This document shows, one piece after another, positions 39,705 to 52,852 of a DNA stretch of 64,000 nucleotides. The stretch is from the NCBI GenBank assembly GCA_950097015.1, contig CATNEN010000003.1, forward strand, positions 620,001 through 684,000, given 5' to 3'. Below the pieces are notes generated by a model that saw nothing but the letters and a program-made list of their open reading frames with translations, was not told the origin of the DNA and did no database searches. The position numbers and the translations under genes were made by a program. The stretch comes from Macrostomum hystrix (lineage: Eukaryota; Animalia; Platyhelminthes). How positions within the stretch are numbered: position 1 is the first letter of the stretch; every line of letters starts with the position of its first letter.

Positions 39705-42700
39705 ATGCGACGATATTCGCTGCTACTGCTGCTCCTGCCGAACCTTCAAGCTGAAGGCTACGTCAGCGGCTGCTTTGAAGGTCGCCGCTCAGGTAAATGC
39801 AGATAGGTGTACAGTGTGAGCTCCGCAATGTAAGGAAAAAATGGAAACAATTCGCACAGTTAAATCGATAACTTTGCGATTACAGTTGAGCTGAACAAAC
39901 AAATTGTGCGCACCTGGCAGCCGGACGGTGACTGCCAGCGGTGGCAGAATGGCCGGTCGGAGACAAACCGATTCCCAGCTGCTGTGCGGTCCGGGCCTCG
40001 GTGGCTTGTGATGCAGCTGAGGCAGCCGATGGTGCTGGATCGGGTGAGCGTGCGAGGCTGGGGTGAGTGACGCTGACCTTCATTTGTTCTCATGACCGAT
40101 GCTGAGACAGTCAGTCTGAGACAGTCAGTCTGAGACAGTCAGTCTGAGACAGTCAGTCTGAGAGCAGCAGCATGGCACTCGTGTTGCAGATGGCCAGTGG
40201 CAAGCAGCAGGTGCGGTCGGATCGCCCGTGTCGGCGGTCGGAGCCGCGAGCCTCCCGCTGGAGCTACAGATGGAGGATCCGTGCCGCGCCAGCTGGGAGG
40301 CCTTCAACAGCAGTGACCGCTGGAGGCAGCTCGGAGACCCAGGAGGAGTGAGACACTGGAGTGCTGATCAGTGTTTAGCTCATGAAAATAAAGTGGCATT
40401 GAAAATCTAATTTAAATTGCAGTCAGCGACATCGTTTCTTCTGATGAGCAGCACTAGGCCTCTGCAGTGGACGAGTGTCAGTGTGACAGGTAGAACATTC
40501 TTAGCTTTCGCAGCTCTGCCAGTGCGATAGTTCTCATCGTGAATTGAACTCAAACTTCAGGCCGAGCCGCTGCTCTGCAGTTTGCGTCGACAAGGTCCAC
40601 TTCGACAGGGCTTTGTGGAGATCTGGACTCAATGGAGTCTCGTGAATCTGCTGCGCACATTTGCTTCTCAGTTCTCAGCTGCCACCCGAGCCCGCAGCAG
40701 TCGAGCGTGAGCTGCAGCATAAGAGGGCCGGACGGCGAAGTCTCCACCGTATCTCAGGTGAGCTTTCTCGCTGAGCCGATCTAAAAATCATTTTTGCCTC
40801 AAAGTCCTCACAATGTAACCGCCGAAACTGCAGATGAAACAAAGCAAGTCGGGGCGACACGAGGAATATTTATTTGAGTTTGCTTCGAGCAGGAAGCTCC
40901 ATGGCTCAGTGCTCAGCTGTACTCAGGGTCCTCTGCAGGCCGACAGAGTTGAGCGAAGCCTTTCAGTGAGAAGTGAGTACTTTTCATCAGCTGATGAACT
41001 CGCAACATAGCCAGAATATTCACCTTTATTTGTGTCATTCATTCTCCAGTTCCAGCAAGGAGCTCTGTTATTTCAACATCCCCTGCTGTGTGGTTGCCGG
41101 GTCGCCCCGGTTTCGTGAGCATTGCCACCGTGGAATCTTTCCCGGAGCCGCGGCACCTCTGCTGGATCGGAGAACGGGACTCACAGACTCATGAAGCACC
41201 TGGGAGGGTCTATTTGAATGCGACATATTTAGTGAGGGGCAATTTTCTCCTATCTGCTGAATTTCTTTTAAATCAATATTCGCGCCCGATTTTTTCTTTT
41301 AGCATCGATCGATCGTCGCCTCTCACAATGGGCCAGTTTTCACGATGCGGTCGAATTTTAGCTTGATGGTTTCCATGGAGATGTCTAAGAAAACGATTTA
41401 TTGTAGAGAGTCGTCGGCTTTTAGCTCCGTATTGATGTCGCTCGACATTCCTGCAGTTAGCGGTAAGCCATGCCAGTGCTGAAGCTTAGCAAATCGTGAT
41501 AGTCACCAGTCAATAACTCACCTGATCGATAAACTAGTCACAGACGGCTACAAACTAGTCCGAGTGACGTCATCAAAGTGCAGCTACTGGAATGGGACTC
41601 ACAGCTCCAGGCTGAAGAATTCGGACACCCACAGCTCAGTACGTGTGCTCAATAAAACTCAGGTACCGACTTGCATTTTATGCATCTGTTGCACGAAAAC
41701 CTCAGGAAACGTTTGAGCATATTAAATTCCACATTAAAGCAGGAGAGCTTCAGCAGCGAGCACTGGCTGCCAGTGAGCCGATGGATGAGTCGGCGGAACT
41801 GGCTGTTGCGGTGTCAGCTCAACCAGATTGGCCTGGTGTACCCGGATGTGAAGTCGCATTCAGGGCAGCCGGAAGTTTTCTGTGAGTGAGCAGCTACGCA
41901 ATGGGTGTTACACGTGTGGAACTCAATAATAGAGGCAATGCGAACAACCCATTTCAGACAAGGGAGACCTGAAGATTGGGGAGCCCATGTGTAATGCGTC
42001 TCACATGAGTATTAAAGTCAGCATTACCGGTGGGAATCCAGTGTCTGTATCAAATGAGACCTGCAGTTTCACAGATACTCAAAGATTGAGATCGCAAGAG
42101 CTTGTAAGTATCCTGAAAGAAAAATTTTAGACTGTTACAAATCTATACTCAACCTCAAACATTGTACTCGTATTACATTCGCCATATTTTTAGAAATTTC
42201 ATAAACTAGCAAGTCACTGGGTGGCTGAGCTCCCATCGCCCAGGTCCCGGTCAGACAAAAGCTTCCATGCAGAAATCAAGTGCACTGCAAGTCAAACTCA
42301 CAACCACAAACCAATATTTAGCTTGCGCGCAAATGCAAATGTTTCGTGTATCCAAATGAATCCAAATGCAAAAGAAAATAGCAGAACTGATACTCAAAGC
42401 AAAGCTAGTGTTAAATTGATCGCCGTATTCAGCTTCGTCGTCGTGACCATTCTATTGCTTGTGATCATCGCTAAATACAAGTGCGCCCTAGTGGTCCATC
42501 GACACCTGCCACAAAGACAGCAGATTCCGCTGCAGCTCTGCAGAAGACCTGAGAATGCACTCACAGCAGTCTCTCCATCAAGTGAAGACTCGCCTTACGA
42601 CGAGCCGGGCTCGTTTACCGTCACTTCGACCGCTGACCCAGCTGTGAAACCACGGTCTGCAGCCTCTCCGTGCGAATGGCGAGCCCTTGCCAATCATCCA

Positions 42701-42886
42701 GACACTTCGGACGCGGCAGTCGCTTCGGATTCCCTGTACGATACGACAGATTCTCAATTGGACGTCCCAAGTGGCTTCCTTAGCGTACAGCTGGCTCAAC
42801 GTAATCATGGCTCAGAGCCACCCGCGCCTAGTGGAGGCCATACGTACATCAACTTGATGTCAAAGTGGAACAACTCAATGAAGTAG
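39705..42886 (+). CDS. Receptor gene B: signal peptide, discoidin/F5/8C-like domain, Ig-like domains, TM and Tyr-motif tail (multi-exon)
   Basis: Exon 1 39705-39792 MRRYSLLLLLLPNLQA; exon 2 39886-40062 PRWLVMQLRQPMVLDRVSVRGW; exon 3 40190-40347; Ig-like strands SRKLHGSVLSC and NWLLRCQLNQ; last exon ~42194-42886 with TM LIAVFSFVVVTILLLVIIA and tail motifs SPYDEP, SLYDTT, HTYINL. Confidence 0.75.
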
Positions 42887-42914
42887 GCTGATAGATAATG
42901 GATAAATGAAGCTA

Positions 42915-43150
42915 TTGCTCAGCCCTTCTGAAGGCTGCGCACAGCTTTTCAGTCCATGGACTGGAGGGGGCCGCCATATTCCTAAACTCTAGCCCATTTG
43001 ATTTGTTTACAACTGAGTGAACTGAAGCAATAGCAAATTGATTTCCAGTAAACACACTAATCGTTTTACCGTAGGCTGAAATTCGAGCTCAGTTCGATTA
43101 ATTCGAAGACCTCTCTATTAATATTCCGAAGCTCTAAAGGCTTGCTATAC
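42915..43150 (-). mobile_element. Diverged SINE copy immediately 3' of gene B
   Basis: CAGTCCATGGACTG palindrome and GTGAACTGAAGCAAT (reverse complement of the SINE body at 4307-4321). Confidence 0.65.
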
Positions 43151-43501
43151 ACTGCTATTACATGGCTAGTTTATATTTTATGTTTAATTTTGTTTTATGC
43201 TCAAACAAATAGTCAGAAACTCATTTAAAATCGGGCGTTCTGGCTTTGACGACAGTGTGAACGATCATTATCAGACTGTTCTATATCATGTCCTATTCTG
43301 TTTCATGATTTTGTATTTAATTTCGTTATGAGATTTTTTCATTTTTTAGTTTCCTAAAAGTAGAACTCAATACTGAATCAATTTTTTTTCCATTTTTTAT
43401 TTTTAACAAATATAAGCGGAGAACAACTATTTCTTCTGTAGACACAGAAAACGCGTTTAACAGTAGAAAGACCAGTTATTTTTCCACTGGGGGAAGAACA
43501 C

Positions 43502-43979
43502 GGGGTATTTCAAATACCCACTGCCAACTTCACGATAGCTCCAAAACGGAATTACCGATTTTCATGAAAGCCCACCATATGGATCAAATTTTTCCGCCCT
43601 TTTACAACAATGAACTTTACTTTCGAATCCGATGAAGCAACTTCCAGAATCACGAAACATCGGCATAGTCGAGATATTCAGCGATTCTTGTCGAAGACCG
43701 TGAGTGCCAAAGACAACTAAACGTGCAACAAACACATCGAATCATTTTGGCTCAATAAAAAAAATAACAATATAATCAGAAAAATTTTGCCCATATTGGT
43801 TGTTTTCGCCACCAGACACCCGACGAGAATCGTTGAATATCTCGACTATGCCGATGTTTCGTGATTCTGGAAGTTGCTTCATCGGATAGAGTGGAAAAGT
43901 TCTGCCCGTATTCTAAATTTTTTCGGCGATTGGTTGAATATTTTAGGAGATAAAAAATTTTGGTATTTGAAGTACCCCC
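43502..43979. mobile_element. MITE with terminal and internal inverted repeats
   Basis: GGGGTA(T/C)TTCAAATACC TIR; 66-bp internal inverted repeat at ~43628-43693 and ~43821-43887. Confidence 0.75.
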
Positions 43980-44729
43980 GTTGTCTCTCTATTGTTGACC
44001 GTCTGACGAAGATCTAAAGGTTTCACATTAATTGCCCTGGTATTTACAGTATACGATCATGTGGGCCAACCCCAAGGCACAGTAGTGAGATTTTAGACCA
44101 TCCGAAGGTAAAAAACTCAATTAAGGCAGTTGTACACACCTAAGTGGGTGTGTGCTCCGGGTGAGTGAAATGTGTTTCACTGTCGCTTCGCTTGCAGTTG
44201 ATCGACTGTACAGGGACCTTTCAGCCGTGTTTCCGTTCTGCTTCAGAGAGTTATGACTCATTTGGAAACGAAAAGATCGAATCTACAACAGCATTGTCTA
44301 CTGGTCTGGAAACCTCACATACAAACACCTCGTTCTATAAAAAAATGCTACATTTACAAAATTTGCTTACATTTTTTATTTCAATTTACTTAAAAGACGC
44401 TCGCGGCTTCAAGGTATTCTTGCTTCGCAGCAAATCTGACAGGTAAGAGTGGAGATACAGGCAAATGTTGACATGAGGTGCAGTGTTTCTCTACGTGCTT
44501 TCAAAACGTACTTTTATTTCGTGTAGACATCGATGTCTTTCATTCTACTGGCAAACCCCAGGGCCTTAAGTTGGCGTGCGATAAGTTTCACAGAACTACG
44601 AGAATATTTTTCCTAATATATAGCTTCATTAGTTTCCCTGAAATTAATCGCTAATTGAAGGTCGCAAGTCTGATCTTCAATTGCGAAAAGTAAAGCAATT
44701 TTTTAGACTACGCGTGCAAAAAAAGATCA

Positions 44730-46300
44730 ATCAATTGTCACTGATTTATTTCTGATCAGCTGCAAGAGAACCCAGTCAGTCTGCTGGTTTTCGGGTTCTG
44801 GAAGGAAAGAATACGTCAGCATGTGAGTCATTCTGTCTTGTAGATGCTCTTGTTGTAAAAAAGAAGCAATAAAAATTTCCATATATTTATCACGGAGAGT
44901 CTTTTCTCCGCACCAAAACCAAGTAACTGATGTACAGAACACATTTTAAATGTCTTTGTTCGCAAAGAGAACCGCCAAGTATTGCTGCAGTGCGGCTTTG
45001 ACAGAACAGGCCGAGTTCTGCTTGAGGAACTGCTGCACTCCTGTCATTTATTTCATTTCTTTTATAAAGGCACACTAGAGCATCGAAAAGTGTCTCCGTT
45101 TTTGGCTGTCGGATATGCTAGTGTGGTCAGGGTCTCGTCAGATTCACCTTTCGAGTCAACACACTGTTGTGTCTCTAGACCTCAAACTTCACTGAAAGTG
45201 AAGTAATTTGATATTGCAAGGTCGACTGGTGGAACCAGTTCAAGAGGGACAGTCGATACCCACGCCAAAGAAGTTAGCAAAAAGGGTGGCTACCCAGCAA
45301 TAATGTTTCTTAGGAAGTTTGCAGGATTCCGAACCGTCAAATTTAAGCAGCTAATGTTGTTCTGCACAGCCATGATAGAAAGCATAGTCCTGTATGCCTC
45401 AGAGGCCTGGGGAGTCTTTGTTTCCTGGAACTTGGGACCCTGGGATCGAGGCTTAATAAAGAGAATTAACTTCTTATTAACTTAATTGATAGAGGAACTG
45501 CAAGGCAATACTACAACTCAGTCAAAATACTGACAGCAGTGGGGCCCGATCAGAACTTTCACGGCTTTGACAGAACTGCTGCTGTTGTCAGGATTGTTGC
45601 GTCATGAAACTTTGCAAACTATTGCTCTGTAGATGATAGATCGATTGGATAAATGCTAATACGAGAGCAATACGATTTTAATGTTTTTATGAAGCTACAC
45701 TAAAGAATCGAAAAGTGCCTCCGTTTTGTGTCCCTAGATCTCAAACTTCACTGAAAGTACGAGCAAAGTTACGAGCATAGAACTAAATTTAAACTTTTAA
45801 TGAATGAGAGCAGAATTAGCAAAGTTGTGCGTCCATTTTTCTGTTCTTTTACCAGGATTAGACAACTATAATCGACGACTCGAATCGAACTCTTATCAGA
45901 GTTCATTCAGACCGTATTTTTATCACCGTCTCCCAGAACCATGAAAGCAGTGAAATCAACTGCTTCTTCGCCATATGTTCACCGCATTACGAAGTTGTTC
46001 ACCAGACAGCGAGTATCATGGATGTCACGGGTACGCTTGAGATGCATGCTGCGGTTTGATCATTTAGTTGTCTTTCTTGTTTTAAAATGCACCAAAAAGT
46101 CAGCGCGAAACCCCAAATTTACACGGTCAGAGCCGTGCCAAACGGATATAGATTTCGGAGGGCAAGATTTCTGGAGAGAATACGACGTCGGTTCAGTCCC
46201 GGAAGTCAACTCCAGCCGCTGTCGCTCTCGCAAGGTCACACACAGGTGCTGGCTAATTTACCTGACCGGGAATCGTTCGATGCAACTCACAAAGACTCAG
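44730..46300 (+). pseudogene. Decayed third paralog of receptor genes B/C
   Basis: Colinear peptides LISCKRTQSVCWFSGSG, LLQCGFDRTGRVLLEE, NRTLIRVHS..ESSEINC and EPCQTDIDF..WRE..VTHRCWL match gene C exons; no TM exon seen; LINE fragment inside. Confidence 0.65.
45230..45530 (+). mobile_element. LINE reverse-transcriptase C-terminal fragment
   Basis: MIESIVLYASEAWG matches the common post-RT LxY..E.W motif of non-LTR elements. Confidence 0.6.
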
Positions 46301-46397
46301 GTATTAACTCAAGAATTTAGAGGTAACGAGCTTGCGTGACTACGGGTTTCGATTTAAAGTAAAAAGCGCTACCTCTGGGGGTTGAGTTGTGGAGCAG

Positions 46398-46671
46398 TGA
46401 TGCATCCGATTGTCGTACTAAAGTCACTGAGCACTAAAGCCGCTGGGAGTAGGCTTGGGGACTTTGTCGTGCAATTACGCCTGCGAGAGAACACCCACAA
46501 TCATAGACAGGTGTACAGTACAGCAGAGTAAACAGATGTACAGTAAAACCAAATGAGTGTGCTTGCGTGCGTCTCCGGGGTACTATGTCCTCAGTCCTTT
46601 GTTAATATATGTAAATATACATTTATACATATTTATTACTTGTGCTGTCTCGTCTTCAGGAGCGTGCATCA
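46398..46671. mobile_element. Probable short solo LTR
   Basis: TGATGCA...TGCATCA termini; imperfect flanking duplication GCAG/GCAA; AATAAA on the minus strand near 46632. Confidence 0.5.
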
Positions 46672-48613
46672 GCAAAATGTTGGTTATCGCAAATCGTTAT
46701 CATAACACTCGAGTTAGCATGATTCAGGCCTACCTTCTATGATCGGTTAATGCACATTTAGTGTCAATCATACTATCCTGACAAATATTCTAGATTTGTA
46801 CTCGATTACGTACTGGGAAGTTTTGATACAAGCAAAAATGCTTTTCCTTATCTATAAACTGGTATGGCTGGTTGTTAAAAATATGTCTATTAGTTCAGTA
46901 CCTACACATGCATGTTTTTTCATATTTGCTTTTGAATACTTTTTGCTTTGTGCATTGTGCTTCTGTGTCGATGTCAGCTTTTCATTTGTAATCGCGAAAC
47001 GAAAAATTGCAAGACTATTATTTTTATTCTGAATTTGATTTGAATTTTCTAATCAGCGCTTGTTACAAAACTGCCAGAAAAATTAACCATTGACCAGTTA
47101 ATTGTTTTTGAGTTGGTGACCGATAAATGTACTTTTTTCGCCTATTTTTATTCAAGCACTTATTAGCTTATATACTTAAACAAATTGATATATAATGAAA
47201 GATCAACAGAATCACCGATTAGTTCAACTATGTGAGCCCATCTATTCATTTTAGGCATGGCTGTATGGCTTTATTTGAAACTTTTTGACCAATCATCCGT
47301 GAAAATATTGACACTGTTTTATAACGTAGCCTTCCGAGCAATATGTCTGTCGATATTAATAAGCTAATGTTAACAATACGCCATCCTTTATTAGCCTCTG
47401 TTGGTTACGGTGGTTACAAACTGCTGTTGGGAAACAACGGACTCAAAGAATCGTAATATTCATAAAAAATTTTGAAGGGAGACCATGAGGTCCTTGACAT
47501 GGTGCATGGGGTGCATGACCTTAGCTTGTTTGTCAGTCACCTCAGCGCAATTTCTCTGGAGAAATTTCTCAGGACTCTGGCGAAGCATCAATGATCATTC
47601 GGCTGCATGGCGTCCCAGACGAATGTGCAAAGATCTCGGGTATTGTTTGGGGTCGTCAGCTCATTCACCGCGTCGAATAACCGATGATATTCAGTCGCTC
47701 GCAGCAGGGGCAAAGTATAGATTTAAGTCATAGGCTTCGTATGACAATTGTGAAGTCTGGTTGTAATCTCTATACAGCCAAAAATCCTCGAGAACATCCA
47801 AGTCATCTGTTAGATTTTTCGAATCAAAATAATTTTGATTTTCAAAAGACAAAGTAGGCTAGATACTATATTTTGGTGTGAAAATGAGTCAGCCCTAATA
47901 ATCTGATGGGTCTGCTTTTAAGAAAGCAATCCTTAAAAATGATTAAACAATAGGCTAGTTACGTTTTTGATGGTTTGGCAACAAGCTCGTTCATTTTAAT
48001 TTGTTTATTTATTCAGAGAAAGCCAAAAATAGCCTCAACAGCCAATAATATTTAGTGTTAATTGTTTATAAAATGATTATAATGTTTATACTCGTATAAT
48101 GACTAATCATCAATTGATCGATGACGAACTGGTCTTACAGTAAAGTAAAAAGGCATATTTCAAGACAAAATCTGGCACATTATTACCCACACATGACGAG
48201 TTTACAGCAATACACACGACAAACGCTCGTATTGGGCAAACGTGCACAAAAAGTCATGCAGGGAACTTAGAAGAAACGAAACATATTTTAAAATTGTATT
48301 TCGCTTTCGCTGCATATTTCGTCCGATAGAAATAAATAAACACTGTTATTTATTCAAGATTTACTAATACAATGTTTCAGTTTATCGAGGTATTAAAGCC
48401 CAGAGAGAGAAATCAATATAAAGCCCTGCATTTTTCTTCGAATGTGCTGTAGCGAAAAAGAGACGCTTAAAAGTGATTGCTTTTGTAACAGAACTCGTAT
48501 ATAAAAACTACCAATAGGGATCGACATTGAAATTACTGTAAAATATTTTGCTACAGCTTCGAGAACACTTGCGTTTTTCTGTTCAGAAGCTAGAAGTGAA
48601 AAAAGTCTAAACA

Positions 48614-51600
48614 ATGCGTCGAATATCTCTCCTGCTGCCGCTCCTGCTGCAGCTGTTGAGCTGGCAGACAGCAAGAGTGATGCTGCGCACGTGCTATAAC
48701 GTTAACAGAACAGGTAAGCTGCTAGTCCTCGCTTGAAATTTAAAGACTACTCCAACTGCATTTGACTAAGACACATTGCTTCTGCAGTGACAGGACAGCT
48801 TTATTCCTCCGACTTTCTTCGAACCTGGAACCCAAATGGAAATTGCCAAAGAATGAATGCCGACCTGGAGTTGGGCCCGTTTTTAGAGGAAGCCCTACAG
48901 AGCAGGCCTAAGTGGCTCGTCCTGCAACTGAGATTTCCGATGGAGCTGGATCAGTTGCACATTCAAAGCTGGGGTGAGAAAAAAATGTTTGGTTTGAAAT
49001 TTGGATTGAGACAGTCGGTCAGTCAGTCTGAGAGCAGCAGCATGGCACTCGTGTTGCAGATGGCAAGTGGCAGGCAGCAGGTGCGGTCGGCTCGCCCGTG
49101 TCGGCGGTCGGAGCCGCGAGCCTCCCGCTGGAGCTGCAGCTGGAGGATCCGTGCAATGCAAGCTGGGAGGCCTTCAGCAGCAGCCATCATTGGAGTCCGA
49201 TCGAAGGGACTCGAAATGCGGCTGCGGTGAGAGCTCAGACTGTCATCTAAATGATACGACGTATTTGAGTTTATATTTGATTGTTTCGTTGAATTGGATT
49301 TCTTGTAATGCGAGGATACATTCATTTCAGTGCCCTCTATCATTTATTCGCCTGAGCAGTCAGACCAGTTTGAGCTGGAAAGCCTTAAATTTTACTGGTT
49401 AGTCGATTATCAATGAATAGTTTTGGCTCCGCTCCACTCATGCTGATGTAGCTCATTTTTACATCACATTTCTACTTTAGTAGCGATACTATAATCTACC
49501 TTGTGATGAAATTTTCCAGGCAGACACAGTGTGATGTACCTAAGACGATTCTACGTCACACGGCCGCCGAATTCAACAGAGATGAGCATATCTGAAGAAT
49601 TGCAAATCGAGTTATCCGTGATTTCCTGCGCTGCAGCTCCTCCGGTGTGCTGGTTTTTACATTCAGGCACGAAGCTTTATGCAGATCATGTGAGTGTAGC
49701 GACTTTTAGCTGATATTCAACGCGTCTTCTAAAGTCTTAAGCGATTTTATGCCTGATTAGCGCTTATTTATCATTTTAGACTGGCAGCGACACTTACTTT
49801 TATCGTATTCCTGAGCACAAATTTCTGATAAAGGTTCACAAAGACGAATTCAAGGCGCTGTTGCAGTGCAGCCTCTCTAGACAAGGCCACACATTGCTGG
49901 AGGAGGTGCTTCTGTGGGGAGGTTGGTCACATAGTCCAATTGTCTCGTTTATAACTTGTTCAAATAAGTGCGTATACTTGTCATTAAATTTCAGAGGCAC
50001 CAAAGAATCTAGCCGTTTCAATCTCACCAGCTCTTGTCGTTGGTCATGCGGCGGTGATTAGTGTGTCATCTGAATCGCTTCCAGAGTCCAGGCATGCTTG
50101 TACATCGTTCTTTTCACATTTGCACGAAATCAATCATCACGAAACTATGAAAAGACACTTAAAGGAAATAATCCGGGTAATTAAAAATATTCAAAAGTTT
50201 GGCTGATTGACCTGAAATTGGGCCAGTACTTTAAAACTAGCTATTCCTAAGAAATCCGTTCAAATTTCACTCCCTTTTCTCTGACAGAGCCGATCCGTCA
50301 TTCTTAACCAAAGGAATAAAGCTCTAATCAGAGTCCAGTCATATTTCTTGTTCAATGTCTCTGAAGTCTACCGGAGCAGTGAAATTCGGTGCTATGCATA
50401 CATCATACATTCAACAACATTTCATTACAAAAAAAAAGTGCGAACGAGAATAAATATTTCAGCAGTCAGTGGTAAGCTTATACGGCCCTGCTACATTGAA
50501 AACTTGATTTTAAGGTTGTTAAAGATTAAACAGTTTTTGCTTCTTAAGAACCCAACCTTCTTCCCAACCTTGCAGAACCGTGCCAAACGGCCATCAACCT
50601 CGGCACCAGTCGCTTCTGGCGAGTCGGTGAGATCAAACGGATATCAGTTATCTCAAGTAACTGCAGCATCTGGAACGTCAGCCACAAGTGCCAGCTAGCT
50701 TTAGCTCAAGATAACTCGCTGGTGAATCTACGAATAGTTAAAGTGCGTTTAACTTGTGTACTAGTATGCCATATGAGCAGCGCCAATTTTATCAAAACGT
50801 GCTTTTTCGTGCCTATTCGGATTTCAGCGGGGTCCTTTCCACAGTACACACGAGCTGTTAGTGACTAGAGCGATGACCACTAGCAGCTGGAGGGTACACT
50901 GCAGCGTGAATCAATCTGGCATTGTGTATCAAGACTCGCTTAGCGATTCGAGCTGCGCCCCTATCATCTTTGGTTAGTAGCATCTTAACTAGCATATCTA
51001 CTTTTGTTGACACAGATTACTATGCCACTAAAACCGTGAAATTTGACCTGGCAGAGCCCTGCGTGACAAGCATCGAATTCGAGCAAAACAGGCTCTGGCG
51101 AGAAGGTGAGTTGAGATCAGTGCTACTTAAGTCTCTTGGGTGCAGTTCCGGGCCACCAGTTACGCACAACTGCCAGCTTGTGATCTACGGTTCACCAAAA
51201 AAATACAGTTTGGTGCAGCTAAAAATTAACCAGGTAGGGATTAAAATACGTAATATATGCTTTCGTATATTATATAGCTATTAAAAGCCTTCCAATCTAT
51301 CCAGCAAGGTAACTTTAGCAGCGAGCACCAGCTAGTAGCGAGCAGACTGATGGGCCAGCGGAACTGGCTGGTGCGGTGTCAGGTTAACCAGTCCGGCTTT
51401 GGGTACCCGGATGTGGTGGCGGTGTCAGCGGCTACTGTTTTATGTGCGTTTTTATTTTACTTTTGTTAAACACCTGTGGGTTAATTTAGGTATATTTTTT
51501 AAACACTGTACATTTTCCCTGCAGACAAAGCTGATTTGAAGCTTTTCCATCAACAAATCGGCGATTCCCATACTTGCATCGAGATCGACAGCTCGGACGC

Positions 51601-52852
51601 CTATCCGCCAGTTTCAGCATTGAGTTGCAGCGCTTTTTTTGGTATCAATGAATCTGTAGGTTCTGTATACAAGTGCTGTACTTTTATGGGTGTACTGTTA
51701 GTTGAATTTCACACCCAATACTCACACGCCTTGTAGGTGACGCAAGCAGTCACACGAAAAAGTTTTTTTCACTGGACGGTCAATGTGAGTCTGCAGCAGT
51801 CAGAGAACTGTTCTACTAATCTGCTTTGCTCTGCATTGCAGAGCCTGAATTCCGAGGTCATTTTCAGAGCAACCAAAGCATTTATTATAAATTCATCCAA
51901 CTTGCATCAGTCCGATGTGCGTGCAATTTCATGTGTCGCAAAGCTTCCAAAAGCAAAAAAAGATCTACCACAGCACGTCATGGTTCCGCTTGCTGTTTTT
52001 TTCGGTGCTTTGGTTCTTTGTATTTTCAGTGCTGCCATGGGCGCATGTGCCACGCTTTGGAAGATGTCGAGACCTTTGCCAGCGCAGCACGACACGGCCG
52101 GAATTCAGTTCCAGCGGCAGGTGTCATGTTCCGTTTCAAAGCAGAGAGATGAACCTAGAGTCGTACGCATCGCGCCCGCGACAAAAACATTTTTTCATCG
52201 CAGTGCTGAATCACCGAATGAACATCTCTATCCAGCAGCACCGCAAAATCTAAGCGAGGCTTTACGAGTGACAGCCCAGTCTCGTGATGATTCATCTCCG
52301 TATGAAGATACAGAGTACATGAACTCAACGTCACGCCCGGCAACATCGGTTGCACAAATTACAATCCAGTCTCGCGATGAGTCATCTCCGTATGAAGATA
52401 CAGAGTACATGAACTTAACGTCATGCCCGGCAACATCGGTTGCACAAATTACAATCCAGTCTCGCGATGAGTCATCTCCGAATGAGGATACAGAGTACAT
52501 GAACTTAACGTCATGCCCGGCAACATCGGTTGCACAAATTACAATCCAGTCTCGCGATGAGTCATCTCCGTATGAAGATACAGAGTACATGAACTTAACG
52601 TCCCGGCCGGAAATTTCTGTTGTACCAGTGACGGCCCAGTCTCACGATGAGTCATCTCCGAATGAGGATACAGAGTACATGAACTTATCGTCATACCCGG
52701 CAACATCGGTTGCACAAATTACAATCCAGTCTCGCGATGAGTCATCTCCGTTTGAAGATCCAGAGTACATAAACTCAACGTCACGCCTGGCAACTTCTGC
52801 TCTACCATTGACAGCCCATTCTCGCGATGAGGATGAGAACATCTCTGTATGA
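48614..52852 (+). CDS. Receptor gene C: paralog of B with an expanded Tyr-repeat tail (multi-exon)
   Basis: Exon 1 48614-48713 MRRISLLLPLLLQLLSWQTA; exon 2 48788-48973 PKWLVLQLRFPMELDQLHIQSW; exon 3 49060-49226; same intron phases as B; last exon 51737-52852 with TM VMVPLAVFFGALVLCIFSAAMGACATLW-KMSR. Confidence 0.8.
52276..52830 (+). repeat. Coding 90-bp (30-aa) tandem repeat, 6 full units plus a partial unit
   Basis: QSRDESSPYEDTEYMNLTSCPATSVAQITI units in the gene C tail. Confidence 0.95.

Noticed and set aside
52276-52830. Canonical ITAM in the gene C tail
   Set aside because: Tyr spacing is Y-x4-Y within units and 30 aa between YxxL motifs, not YxxL-x6-8-YxxL
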